A stretch of 64,000 nucleotides of DNA, taken from Phaeosaccion multiseriatum. Taxonomy: Eukaryota; Protista; Ochrophyta, other classes. The DNA is taken from the NCBI GenBank assembly GCA_965112735.1, contig OZ218956.1, forward strand, positions 1,612,001-1,676,000, written 5' to 3'. The notes under the pieces are model-generated. The model was not told where the DNA came from and searched no databases. It worked only from the letters and a program-made list of their open reading frames with translations. The translations under genes were made by a program, and so were the position numbers. This document shows positions 52,389-64,000 of the stretch, piece by piece; the first letter of the stretch is position 1, and each line of letters opens with the position of its first letter.

Positions 52389-53987
52389 TAGAGAGGGGGC
52401 GTGCGCGCGCAAACGAACGGAGAGAGAGAAAAGGTGACAGATTTCGGGAGGGAGTCCACAGTCCCAAACCAAGTGAGGGAATGTCCCCCCGACAGTGACA
52501 AAGAGCAGCACTCACCACGCCGTAAGAAGTTCATCACCACTCCGAGCGAATAGCCCAGGTTTCCCCTGAGCTTCCGCAACTTCTCCTCCTCTAGTTGCCT
52601 CTGGAGGCGCTTGGCACGCGTCACCGATGCCACCAACAGCAGCCAAGTACGTACATTCAGCTGCTTCCGTCGGTAGATCTGCCCCCATCGAGTCGGCGCC
52701 AATCAGAGAGCGAGCGAGAGAGAGTGAGAGTTCCAAGCATCAGCCGAGGGACAGCTCACGAGCAAGTTTGAGGTAACGAACGGGCAAGGCCTTCTACTCC
52801 AGCACATCCCTGCTCACTCGGGTGCAATTCACTTACATTCCTCACTTCCTTGACATATTCACTGACTCCCTACTCACTCACCCCTTCATGGATGGCCTGT
52901 GCAAAGGCCTCATCTCGTAACTGTATGACCTCTGCTACCTCTGGGGTGTCTCTTAGTGTTTTGACCATTCTTCGGTGTCTGAGACCGCTGCTGGCCCAGA
53001 ACACTGCGTCCTCGTGATCCCTGTTCCGGGCGCCCCTGCTCTGTAGTACAGCGGCCTGCCGGCGCCGATAGCTTCCCTTGGAGCCTGAGAGAAGGAAGGG
53101 GTATCGCAGTGGGGTATACGCGACGACAAGATGAAGTACACGGAATGACAAAATGGCACGCTCGAGGCAGGCAGGAAGGGAGACAGGCAAGCAGGTAGAC
53201 AGGCGGGCAGGCGGGTAGGTGGGAGGCAGGTAGGCAGGTTGATAGGCAAGCAGACGGATAGGTGGGCAGGCAAGTAATCTGGCAGACAGGCGGACAGGTA
53301 GACAAGGCAGACAGACAGGGCTTTGAAACAGCCCGGCGCAGACAAAGGCATACCTCGGACGGCCACTCTGTTTTCCTCGACGTAGTCAATCTTGGTACTG
53401 ACCAGGCTCGCCCTGCGTACAGCCTCCCTCTGGCGCTGCAGCTTCTCCCCCTTCACTATCACCTTTGTCCTGCGATCCTCATAGAACTCTAGCTCGTAGA
53501 GGCGGCGCTGCAGCCTGTCCTTCACCGGCAGCAGGCGAGGAGACTGCGCAATGAGGCGACGCATGGCTTCGAACTGAGCCTGGGTGCGCTGCCCTGGAAG
53601 ACTCCTCCGTCTACTGTTTGCGTTTGCAACGACTGAATACGTAGACATCGGCACCGCGTTTGCGCATATGGACAGGAGAGACGTGCGTAGGAAAGCAGCC
53701 AAGGGGACGTAAGCAAGAGAATAGCAGGCAACTGGGCTACTCCTGAGGAAATGAGAGAGATTTCGCCCCCTGCTAATGCTGGAACTCACAGTTGTTCACG
53801 ATAATTGTCGTGTCTTCACCCCTCCCACCGCCGCTTCGCCGCTCCGCTGCTCTTCCTCCACATTGAGTCCGTTTTGTGCGTTGCCCTGTCCCTGCTGGTT
53901 CGACGGGGCGGCCAGCGTGGGGAAGACTTTGTTGGAGCCTCCAGCTGGTGTTTTACCTGAGGGAGCGGGTTCTGCCGCCGCTTCCAT
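49163..53987 (-). CDS. Hypothetical protein, multi-exon, helical/basic with IQ-like segments
   Basis: GT-AG-bounded coding exons, e.g. [106 protein letters not shown], and last exon [12 protein letters not shown]...DERL* (TAA 49165-49163). First-exon structure uncertain. Confidence 0.65.
51540..51720. repeat. (TCTA)n microsatellite
   Basis: Visible. Confidence 0.95.
52050..52227. repeat. (TCAGGG)n telomere-variant-like hexamer array, intronic
   Basis: Visible degenerate hexamer array. Confidence 0.9.
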
Positions 53988-54210
53988 GGCACCCTTCTCC
54001 TGCTCCCAGCGAAGGCCACGTTCAAACCCAGATTTTCGGCCGCTGGTCCACAATCCACACCACACCACCCTCTCGAACAGCTCTACGATCGCGCCCCTCT
54101 GTAGTCCCTAACAGTAGGGAGAGAGAGAGAGCGGCCGAGAAGGGGAATTGCTGACTTACTAGGGCGTAACTGTAAATCTCTCCTCCTTCATTTTTTGAGT
54201 ACAACTTGCA
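53988..54210. promoter_or_regulatory. Putative bidirectional promoter (hypothetical gene / kinesin)
   Basis: ~220 bp between divergent ATGs; positional inference. Confidence 0.5.
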
Positions 54211-54364
54211 ATGTCCGTGAAGGAGGAGGGCATCAAGGTGCTGGTCAGGGTTAGACCTGCAACAAAGAGTGAGGCAGTCTTGGCGGATGCAGTGCAACTC
54301 AATGAAGACAGCGCCAGCCTCTCCGTGGCACACCCAAAGGTGGCTACCTGCAACTTATCCCTCT

Positions 54365-54410
<46 letters not shown>

Positions 54411-54498
54411 CTCTCTCTCTCTCACTCACTCACTCTCTCTTCGACTCTCTCTCTCTCCCTCTCTCCTCTCTCTCCCTCCTCCCTCTCCATCTCACTCA

Positions 54499-54540
<42 letters not shown>

Positions 54541-57500
54541 ATGCTCCATCCACATTCATGCCCAACTGTCCTTGAGTCTATTTTACTGCAGTTGGAACGG
54601 CCTCTCCCTCCCTAATGGTGCGTCTCCCCCCTCCCCCTCCAACCGTCTTCAGGACCATAACAAGTCGTTGCAGTGCTGCTATGACCGCACGCTGCCTCCA
54701 ACTGCAGATCAACAGGATGTGTTCGAGAACCTTGAGCCGCTGCTCGACTCAGTGCTGGAGGGCTACAACGCGTGCGTGTTTGCGTACGGGCAGACGGGGA
54801 GCGGTAAGTGGAGTAGGTCTAGCGGGCTTCTTTCCACACTGGCCTTGTTGGGTACGTGGCGCTTCCAGCCAGGGAGACGGGGGCTGCCAAGGCCGATCGA
54901 GGGTCACTCGTGCTATCACGTCAACGCCAAGAAGGAAGGACAAGCAATTGCTTCACCCCACCCTTCAAGCCAGCACTCCCGTGCCTCCTTATCGCTTCGC
55001 CCCCTCACCCCAACACACCCCCACACTGGTACAGGCAAAACACACACCATGCTCGGTCCCCGGGGTGGAAGCGAGCTCCTGTCCAGCAACAACTCCCAGT
55101 GGGGCCTCATCCCCAGAGCGATCCAGTTCCTCTTTGACAGGCTCGCGGAAGAGGCCGCTGTGGAAGAATCTCTCAGTTACAGTGTACAGGTGAGAGCCGC
55201 CAGACACACACAAACATAGGCTCATCCGCACCAAGAGTGGGGGGGGGGGTTAGGGGAGTAGGAGGATGAGATGACCTTAGCTTCACTTGCTTGGCCGACA
55301 ACCGCCCCCTTTGACAACCGTACACGCCCTCGACCCTGGCTAAAGAGAGCCTTCTTGGCGAGGCAGCTGCTGCCCCGGCCCCTTCTCATACGCTGTTCTG
55401 AGTCGCGGATTGATTTAGGGGGTGCTGGCTGAATGATATTGATCTTCTCTCGTGCCTTCCCCCTTCCTCTGCCCCCCCCCTCCCCCCCCCCCCAAACTCC
55501 GTCTGTTGTCAAACCCTCACAACGACGAAAACAATAACAACAACAGGCCTCGTACCTCCAGATCTACAATGAGCGACTTGTGGACCTGCTCCAGCAGAGT
55601 CCAACACCAGCAACACCAGCAGCAGCAGCAGCAGCAGCAGCGGGACCGTCAATGGCACCCGCTGACGGAGGTGGGCTCAGCACGAAACGGCCAAGTGAGT
55701 GAGACCAAGGAACCGCCCTCGTCTGTGGCCCGATGATAGTGAACATGTCTCCTGATATTCCTACGATCCGACATCCCCTTCTCCTCCTCCTCCTCCACCT
55801 CCTCCTCCTCCTCCTCCTCCTCCTCCTCCTCCTCCTCCTCCTCCTCCTCCTCCTCCTCCTCCTCCTCCTCCTCCTCCTCCTCCTCCTCCTCCTCCTCCTC
55901 CTCCTCCTCCTCCTCCTCCTCCTCCTCCTCCTCCTCCTCCTCCTCCTCCTCCTCCTCCTCCTCCTCCTCCCTCCTCCTCCTCCTCCTCCTCCTCCTCCTC
56001 CTCCTCCTCCTCCTCCTCCTCCTCCTCCTCCTCCTCCTCCTCCTCCTCCTCCTCCTCCTCCTCCTCCTCCTCCTCCTCCTCCCCCTCCTCCCCCTCCTCC
56101 TCCTCCTCCTCCCACTCCTCCTCCTCCTCCTCCTCCTCCTCCTCTCTCCCCCCTCTCTCCTATGTCCTATCGTTCCGTCTCTTGCACAGGATCATCTGGA
56201 GGACTGAAGGCTCCAACCCTCAGCATCCGGGAGAGCAAAGATGGTGGTCGCGCGGGCTCGCCTGGAGGAATGAGTGGTCGGGGGAAGGGGGGTGGAGGAG
56301 GAGTAGGGAGTTTTAAGCGCAAACGGAACAATCGGGGTGGGGCCCTGCGGCAAGTGTATGTGAGCGGCCTCAGCGAGTTCCGAGTAGGGAGCTGCGATGA
56401 CGTCATGACTCTACTGTGCAAAGGTGAGGAGGAGGGAGGAGGGGGAGGAGGAGGAGGAGGAGGAGGAGGAGGAGGAGGAGGAGGAGGAGGAGGAGGAGGA
56501 GGAGGAGGAGGAGGAGGAGGAGGAGGAGGAGGAGGAGGAGGAGGAGGAGGAGGAGGAGGAGGAGGAGGAGGAGGAGGAGGAGGAGGAGGAGGAGGAGGAG
56601 GAGGAGGAGGAGGAGGAGGAGGAGGAGGAGGAGGAGGAGGAGGAGGAGGAGGAGGAGGAGGAGGAGGAGGAGGAGGAGGAGGAGGAGGAGGAGGAGGAGG
56701 AGGAGGAGGAGGAGGAGGAGGAGGAGGAGGAGGAGGAGGAGGAGGAGGAGGAGGAGGAGGAGGAGGAGGAGGAGGAGGAGGAGGAGGAGGAGGAGGAGGA
56801 GGAGGAGGAGGAGGAGGAGGAGGAGGAGGAGGAGGAGGAGGAGGAGGAGGAGGAGGAGGAGGAGGAGGAGGAGGAGGAGGAGGAGGAGGAGGAGGAGGAG
56901 GAGGAGGAGGAGGAGGAGGAGGAGGCGGAGGCGGCGGGTGGTGGGTGGGTGGGTGGGTGGGTGGGGGAGGTTTGGTCGTGTATTTCCGGTAGATCGAGAG
57001 TTTGAAGTCGTATGTGTATAGTACGTGAGAGGTGCGGGGGCGTCGCATTGTAGGCAGGACAGTACGAGGCGTGGCGCAGGAGGTCAATAGTGGGGCTCTT
57101 ACTTAATAGTGGGGCTCTTACTTAATAGTGGGGCTCTTACTTAATAGTGGGGCTCTTAATAGTGGGGCTCTCACTTGATAGTGGGGCTCTTGCCCTTCTC
57201 CCTCGCCACCACAAAGCGCTCATACCACCGTCCCCGAATCAGCCAACATGCTCACGAACGTAACGCCAACCCTCCCCCCCCCCCAATCCCCCATTGGTTA
57301 CCTTACAGGCAATACCAACCGCAGCATCCGCGCCACTCAGTACAACGAAGTCAGCAGCAGGAGCCACGCTGTGCTGCAGCTCGTCGTAGAGGTGCGTCCA
57401 CCGGGCCCGTGCGTATACTTTGGCCTTGGCCTTGGCCTGATTGCTCGTTGTCAGTGGAGTTGAGCAGCAGCAGCCGCAGCAGCAGCAGTGGTTGTAAACC

Positions 57501-60500
57501 AGTGGTGGTGGTGTTGGCATCGGGGGCAGTGGTGGTGATAGTGGTGCTTGGCCGGTAGGGGTGGTAGACCGACCGCCCGCCCACCCGTCCGTTCTCCCGG
57601 CGACATAACCTTTTGTTTGCTTACGAAGGCGCCAATCTCACTGCTGCCCCGCACGCCCCCCAATGTCCCACTTGACTCACTGACTTACACTTACACTTGC
57701 TTATGCTTATTTAAGTTGCTTGCGCTCTCCTCATGGCCCTCGCTCACTGGGCAGGTCGAGGGAGTCAACTCCGACGGCATTTTGACCTACCGACGAAGCA
57801 AGCTGAGCCTCGTGGACCTGGCGGGCTCGGAAAAGATGGACACCTCCACCGACATCTCCCGAAAGTGAGTGAAACTGCCCTGCCCCACTCTCTCTCTGTG
57901 TCTCTTCTTCCAATCTGTCTCTCTCTCTGTGGCTACCCTTGGTAGTGATTCGCACCCATCTGTCGCTGTGGCTGTATGACCAACTGCTGTGCCTGTGTAT
58001 GACCTATGTGCTGGACAGGCACTTCGACGAGCTCCGCAGCATCAACTTGTCTCTGTCTGCTCTCGGCAACGTCATCGCCTCTTTGGCGTCGAAGAAGGCC
58101 CATGTGCCATACAGAGACTCAAAGCTCACGAGACTGCTGCAGGTGCGGATATTTATTGACTGAATAGCGGGGTGGGGATATGTTGACTTACGGGAATCAA
58201 TGGAAGGAATTACGTAATTGGTGTGTGTGTATCTGTGTGCGTCAAACAGCGGGGGTGGGGAGTGCGAGGGGGGGGAGGGGGGGTGGGGCAGGGGGGGAGG
58301 GGACGAGGAAGGACAAGGAGGAGGAAAACGACAGCGAGGCATAGACTACTTTCAATTCCCTCTTCAACGTGCGGACGGAACTGAACCTTCCACCCTTCAC
58401 CCTTGCCTCCACCTTGTCTTTTTGCGCCCCACACAGGACTCTCTCGGAGGCAACACACGCACCATGGTGGTCTGCTGCGTGTCGCCGTCAGAGGCGCAGG
58501 TAAGTTGCCTTGATTCAGTGACGCATTCATTGATGCATTCGTTCACTCCTCTCGGAGAAGATGTGCTGGGAGGGAGGGAGGGAGGCACGATTCCACACCT
58601 CACAAAGACGTGAGGGAAACACGTCAAGAAGGGGCCCTCCGGTTGCTTGCATATTGGTTTGTTGCCCTGCCTGCCGGCCGGCCTGCCTGCCGGCCTGCTA
58701 TTCCGCCTGCCTATCTCTCTCCCTCCCAGCCTGCCTCTTTGCCTGCCTGCCCACCCGCTCCCCTCCTACCGCTTCTGCTGTGACCCATCTCCCCATACTC
58801 TTTTGACACGACTCCTCTGACCACCAACTGCGAGCGCTAAAGTGGACGAATACCTGCATTGCATTGCATTGTGCGTGTGCAGGTTGACGAGACTATCAAC
58901 ACGCTTCTCTTTGCAGACAGAGCCAAGCGGGTCATGTTGCGCCTAAGAGCCAACGAGGTCATCGACGATAGGTGAGTGAGTGAGGGAGTGAGGGAGTGAG
59001 GAGGGAGGGAGGAAGGAAGGAAAGAAAGAAGGAAGGAAGGAAGGAAGGAAGGAAGGAAGGAAGGAAAGAAGGAAGGAAGGAAGGAAGGAAGGAAGGAAGG
59101 AAGGAAGGAAGGAAGGAAGGAAGGAAGGAAGGAAGGAAGGAAAGAAGGAAGGAAAGAAAGAAAGAAGGAAGGAAGGAAGGAAGGAAGGAAGGAAGGAAGG
59201 AAGGAAGGAAGGAAGGAAGGAAGGAAGGAAGGAAGGAAGGAAGGAAGGAAGGAAGGAAGGAAGGAAGGAAGGAAGGAAGAGAGGAAGGAAGGAAGAAAAG
59301 AAGGACGGAGAGAAGAGACGAAGGAAGGAGGAAGGAGGAGAAAGGAAGAAAGGAAAGAGGATGAGCAAAGGGTATGCTGCCTTCGGGAGACCCAATGACA
59401 CCTCGTGCCACTTTCGCACACAGGTGTTGCCCCATTTGGATGGCGCTGGTAGTGTGTGGGTGTGCGCATTGATTGCCTGCTCATCTCGTTTGCTCACATC
59501 TTACTTTCTTTGTAGCAAAGAGTCTGTCCTGACACTCCATCCTCTCGTTCCTCCCTCCCTTTCCCGTTCTATTCAGGGAGCTGCTCGTGAGGGCTCGAGC
59601 GGAGATTACGAGGCTGAAGCGTCTCTTACAGAGCAAGCTGTCGGAGGCCATTGGCTCCACCGACAAGGAGGAGGGGGAGGAGGAGGAGGATGATGATGAT
59701 GATGACGACGGAGCACAGGAGAATGGGAGAGGCTGGCATGTTGGCGGAGGAGGAGGAGGAGGAGGAGGAGGAGGAGGAGGAGGAGGAGGCGACAGCGGCA
59801 CAGATGGTGGTGGTACGAGAGGCACGGCGAGGAAGGAAGACGCGGTACAGCGGCGGATGGCAAGGCTCATCGCTGAGAACGAGCGGCTTAGGGAAGACAA
59901 CGATAGACTCAAGCAGGTGAGAGAGAGAGGGAGAGAGAACGAGAGAGAGAGAGAGAGAGGGGGGGGGGGGGGGGGGGTGAGGTTGTTTGTTGTTGCTGTT
60001 GGTACTGTTGTTCTTGGTCTTGTTCTTGACGCCGCCTCGCTGTTCACTGCTGTTTGTTTGACGAGTGCAGGGGCTAAGTCGATTGACTATGGAGCACAAG
60101 CGAGGGCGGGTAAGACGCAGGATCGCTGCCGCAGCAGGTGGTGCCACAGGCAGAGGCGGCAGCAGGAGCAGGGACAGGAGGAGCAGAAGGAGAGCTAGTA
60201 GAGCCAGTAGCAGCCAGGAGCGGTCAGGTTCGTGCTTTTCACCGGCCAACGGGCTAACCAACCAACCAACCAACCAACCAACCAACCAACCAACCCACCA
60301 AATCAACGAACCAACTCACCAAATCAACTTGATACTGCTTCAATCTTATATCGATCCATCATCGCCTCGATGAACGAAAGCAGGGTGTGATACTTCTCGC
60401 GGAGGAGCAGGAGGAGAGGGAGGAGGAGAAGCAGCGAGTGCGTGGAGAAGCAGCAGCAGCTGTAGCATGAAGCCTCTTACGACCTTCGTCAGGAGGCGGC

Positions 60501-63500
60501 TTGCTCTGCCCAGGGGTGAGGAGGAGAGTGAGGGGCCGGAAGCCAAACTTCACATTGAAGATCTCGTCGCCGCCAGTCTGGGCTTGGCGGTCGGAGAGGA
60601 GGTGGACCGAGGAGGAAAAGGTAGCAGCAAACGAAGTGTCGGTGACGGCGAAAACGACAAGGATGGCCTGAATGGTGGTGGTGATGGTGGTGGTGGTGGG
60701 GTAGGTGATGACCCTTTCCTTGACCGGCTGCGAAGGAACGTGGATGGTGGTACTCGTCGTAGTAGTGTTGACATTGAAGAGGAGGGGCAGGAGGAAGCGG
60801 TGGCGCGACACCAGCAAGTAGAAGACGAGTTGGTGAAGGTGGAGGCGGAACAGTGGCAGAACCTCCGTCGGGAGAGAGCGGTGCTCACCTCTGTGCACGA
60901 GGAGAGGCTGCTGCTGGAGAAGCAACTGGCGATGATGATGGCGGTGGAGGAGGAAGACGAGGAGGAGGGGGGCGGGGAGGAGGAGGAGGAGGAGGAGGGG
61001 AGGGAGAGGGAAGGCGAGAGTGGAAGTACAGCTGCCTTAGGGGGGGGACGAGGTCGGCTATTGTGGCATGATGGCGGCGAGGAAGGTGGTAGTGGTGGTG
61101 CTAGTGCTGCTGGTGGAGGAGAGGCGACGAGGAGAAAGGAAGGCTGGACCGCCACAACGAGCGGGAATGCCCCTACGACGACTACTACTACTACCATTAC
61201 TACTGCTCTTGCGTCTACCGCTGCCAAGGGCGCTGGATCAGGAGTAGCCGTGCCGACATGGCACGAGCCACCAAGGACGAGTGGGATGGAGGCTTTGAGC
61301 GACCTCTCTCCTCCACAGTCTCAGTCGCTGGGTACCGGGAGGGGGAGGAGGAAGGGGGGCATCGATGGGAATGACGGCGAAGCAAGAGACGAGCAGCAGC
61401 AGCAACAACAACACAAGAAGCAGCAGCAACAGCAGCAGTCTCCCATTCGCGGGTCTTTGCGACCCAAGGGCACTCACAAGCCCATCTCGGCGCATGGGCC
61501 AGAGGAGGAGGAGGAGGAGGAGGAGGAGGAGGAGGAGGAGGAGGAGGAGGAGGAGGAGGAGGAGGAGGAGGAGGAGGAGCAGGAGGAGGAGGAAGAGGAG
61601 GAGGAGGAGCAGGAGGAGGATGGGGAGGGCGGGGAGGAGGACGACGACGAGGAGGAGGAGGACGAGAAGCAGGAGGAGGAGGACGAGAAGAAGGAGGAGG
61701 ACGACGAGAAGCAGGAGCAGGGAAGGTCCCAGTGGGGCAAGGCGTCGAAAAGGGGGAGGACAAGTAGTGGCAGCACGGTGACGAGCACAAGCTACAACTA
61801 CAGTGAGAGCTCTCTCACTGGGCGGGACAGGGCGCGGAGCAGGAGTCGCAGCAGGGGGAGGCAGCTGTTGAAGAAGCATCTGCACAAGAAGCAAGCGCAG
61901 ATGCAGCGACTCTTACATGCACAGAAGCAGAGAAAGCAGCTCCAGCAGCAGCAGCCGCAGCAGCAGCAAGAGCAGTTGGGGGTGCAGCAGCAAGGTCAGG
62001 AGGTTGGGAGTAAGGCTGCTGGTGCCAACGCTGAGCCCGAGGACCCCATGCGTGCATGCAGCGGTGGAAACCGAAACCGTCTTACGCGCTCCGTGGCAGA
62101 TGTGGGTTTGTATCTCCGCGTGTACAGCTTCCGCTACGACTCCTGGTATCGGTGCAGAGTCGTGGAGTATGATGGGAGGAGGCAGGTGAGTGAGGAGAGG
62201 AAGGAAGGAAGGAAGGAAGGAAGGAAGGAAGGAAGGAAGGAAGGAAGGAAGGAAGGAAGGAAGGAAGGAAGGAAGGAAGGAAGGAAGGAAGGAAGGAAGG
62301 AAGGAAGGAAGGAAGGAAGGAAGGAAGGAAGGAAGGAAGGAAGGAAGGAAGGAAGGAAGGAAGGAAGGAAGGAAGGAAGGAAGGAAGGAAGGAAGGAAGG
62401 AAGGAAGGAAGGAAGGAAGGAAGGAAGGAAGGAAGGAAGGAAGGAAGGAAGGAAGGGAGGGAGGGAGGGAGGGAGGGAGGGAGGGAGGGAGGGAGGGAGG
62501 GAGGGAGGGAGGGAGGGAGGGAGGGAGGGAGGGAGGGAGAGAGGAACTGTGTGCATGCGTGGACGCGTGCTGTCCGCTACTAAGTAGGGTCTCCCTTGCT
62601 TATCACCTTCGCCCGGAGACTCAGACCATACCATACCATACTCAGACCAGACCAACTCAGACCAGACCATAGGGACGATCCATTCGCCTCCTCCTCCTCC
62701 TCCTCCTCCTCCTCCTCCTCCTCCTCCTCCTCCTCCTCCTCCTCCTCCTCCTCCTCCGCCTCCTCCTCCTCCTCCTCCTCCTCCTCCTCCTCCTCCTCCT
62801 CCTCCTCCTCCTCCTCCTCCTCCTCCTCCTCCTCTTCTTCTTCTTCTTCTTCTTCTTCTTCTTCTTCTTCTTCTTCTTCTTCTTCTTCTTCTTCTTCTTC
62901 TTCTTCTTCTTCTTCTTCTTCTTCTTCTTCTTCTTCTTCTTCTTCTTCTTCTTCTTCTTCTTCTTCTTCTTCTTCTTCTTCTTCTTCTTCTTCTTCTTCT
63001 TCTTCTTCTTCTTCTTCTTCTTCTTCTTCTTCTTCTTCTTCTCCTCCTCCTCCTCCTCCTCCTCCTCCTTCGTCTTCTTCTTCACCCACGGCCATCCCCT
63101 GCCATCCCCGCCCTGCCATCCTCCTCCACTCGACAGATGCACTGCTGTCTATACGACATGGGCGGAGAGCGCCAGTGGCACGACTTGTCCACGAAACAAG
63201 TGGAGGTGGAGATGGAGGGCCGAGGAGGCCGACCAGCCATCCAAACACCCGAAGCAGGTGAGAGGGCTCATGTCGAAGGCCTCGTCAGCTCCCCGCATGT
63301 GTGCTTAGTTAAGGAGATGAAGCGCAAGCGGTCGGCCTGGTGTGAAGACGAAGGTGGACAGAGAACATCTTCGTTCAGTTGGGTATCATCCAGCGGCCCC
63401 CAATCCCTTACGTAATCCAATCTTAAATCTTCCATTTGTCTGAGCAGATATCGAGATCGTGGATGTTCGAGTGCCCCGCTCGGCACCAGCCCCCGCTACG

Positions 63501-63797
63501 GCCTCCCCGCTCAGGTCCAGCAGCGGAAGATTTGAGTCGCCAAAAACAGCAGGAAGGAGAACGAAAACCTCAAAAAATGATCAACGGAATGACCGACGGA
63601 ACGACCGCCCTTGCACCGCAGAAGTGCAGCAACGGCCGCAATCACGCGGAAGTGGCAGTGTCCCCCCTGCCGGGCAGACAGGAGTGCCAAGAGGTGGATC
63701 AAGGAGAAGCGGCGGCAGCAGCAAGACTTCTCTCATGAGGGCCGCGGCCCTTGGCGACAAAATGGGCACCGTCCACCACGCCTATGCTCGGTGGTAG
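54211..63797 (+). CDS. Kinesin-like protein (N-terminal motor, coiled coil, acidic low-complexity stalk, C-terminal Tudor-like domain)
   Basis: Spliced motifs [29 protein letters not shown] (P-loop), [16 protein letters not shown] (switch I), LVDLAGSE (switch II), [48 protein letters not shown]. Last exon 63449-63797. Confidence 0.93.
55780..56142. repeat. (CCT)n intronic array
   Basis: Visible. Confidence 0.97.
56425..56924. repeat. (GGA)n intronic array
   Basis: Visible. Confidence 0.97.
57086..57191. repeat. 19-bp minisatellite AATAGTGGGGCTCTTACTT (~6 copies)
   Basis: Visible head-to-tail repeat without spacers. Confidence 0.9.
59009..59280. repeat. (GAAG)n intronic microsatellite
   Basis: Visible. 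Confidence 0.95.
62198..63070. repeat. Compound intronic arrays (GAAG)n(GGGA)n ... (CCT)n(CTT)n
   Basis: Visible purine block at the intron 5' end and pyrimidine block at the 3' end. Confidence 0.95.
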
Positions 63798-64000
63798 AGC
63801 AGGGAGGACGAGGGAGAGGAGGGGGGGGCTCTGGGCTCTAATAACTGTACTAAAATTAATTTTTTATGATGTTTTTTTTATAATGAATTAAATAAATAAA
63901 ACAAAAAAGCTAGGAGGGGAGGTTCTCGAGTTTCAAGTAGACCCAACCGCGCCCATGAAAGCAATCGTCCCTTCGTCAAAAGCTCGGTTAGGGGTGAATG

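Noticed and set aside
57086-57191. CRISPR-like repeat
   Set aside because: Head-to-tail 19-mers with no unique spacers, no cas genes, and located in a eukaryotic intron.

Overview
Eukaryotic, GC-rich, intron-dense DNA with a microsatellite in most introns. Gene content and style suggest a stramenopile-like protist or alga (inference only). Gene models were built by hand from GT/GC-AG boundaries and reading-frame continuity. Left to right: (1) the 5' part of a secreted Cys-rich repeat protein gene (-, runs off the left edge); (2) a complete VWA8 gene (-); (3) a divergent intronless GNAT (NAT16-like) acetyltransferase (+); (4) a ~14.6 kb tandem duplication, each unit holding a ~35-exon gene for a receptor-like protein (signal peptide, 7-bladed RCC1/BLIP-II propeller, PTAA stalk, multi-pass TRP/FLC-Pkd2-like membrane domain, disordered tail), with a 402-bp TA-target MITE next to the junction; (5) an unknown multi-exon gene (-); (6) a divergent N-kinesin with a C-terminal Tudor-like domain (+). 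Highlights: the two receptor paralogs are mosaic, with amino-acid changes clustered in propeller loops. A 43-bp exonic duplication in copy A either disrupts the gene or has created a new GT-AG intron that restores the frame exactly. A symmetric kinesin exon is bracketed by long complementary (CCT)n/(GGA)n arrays. Two small foldback elements share GACCCCTGA termini. Most ORFs in the supplied track are microsatellite or antisense artefacts.
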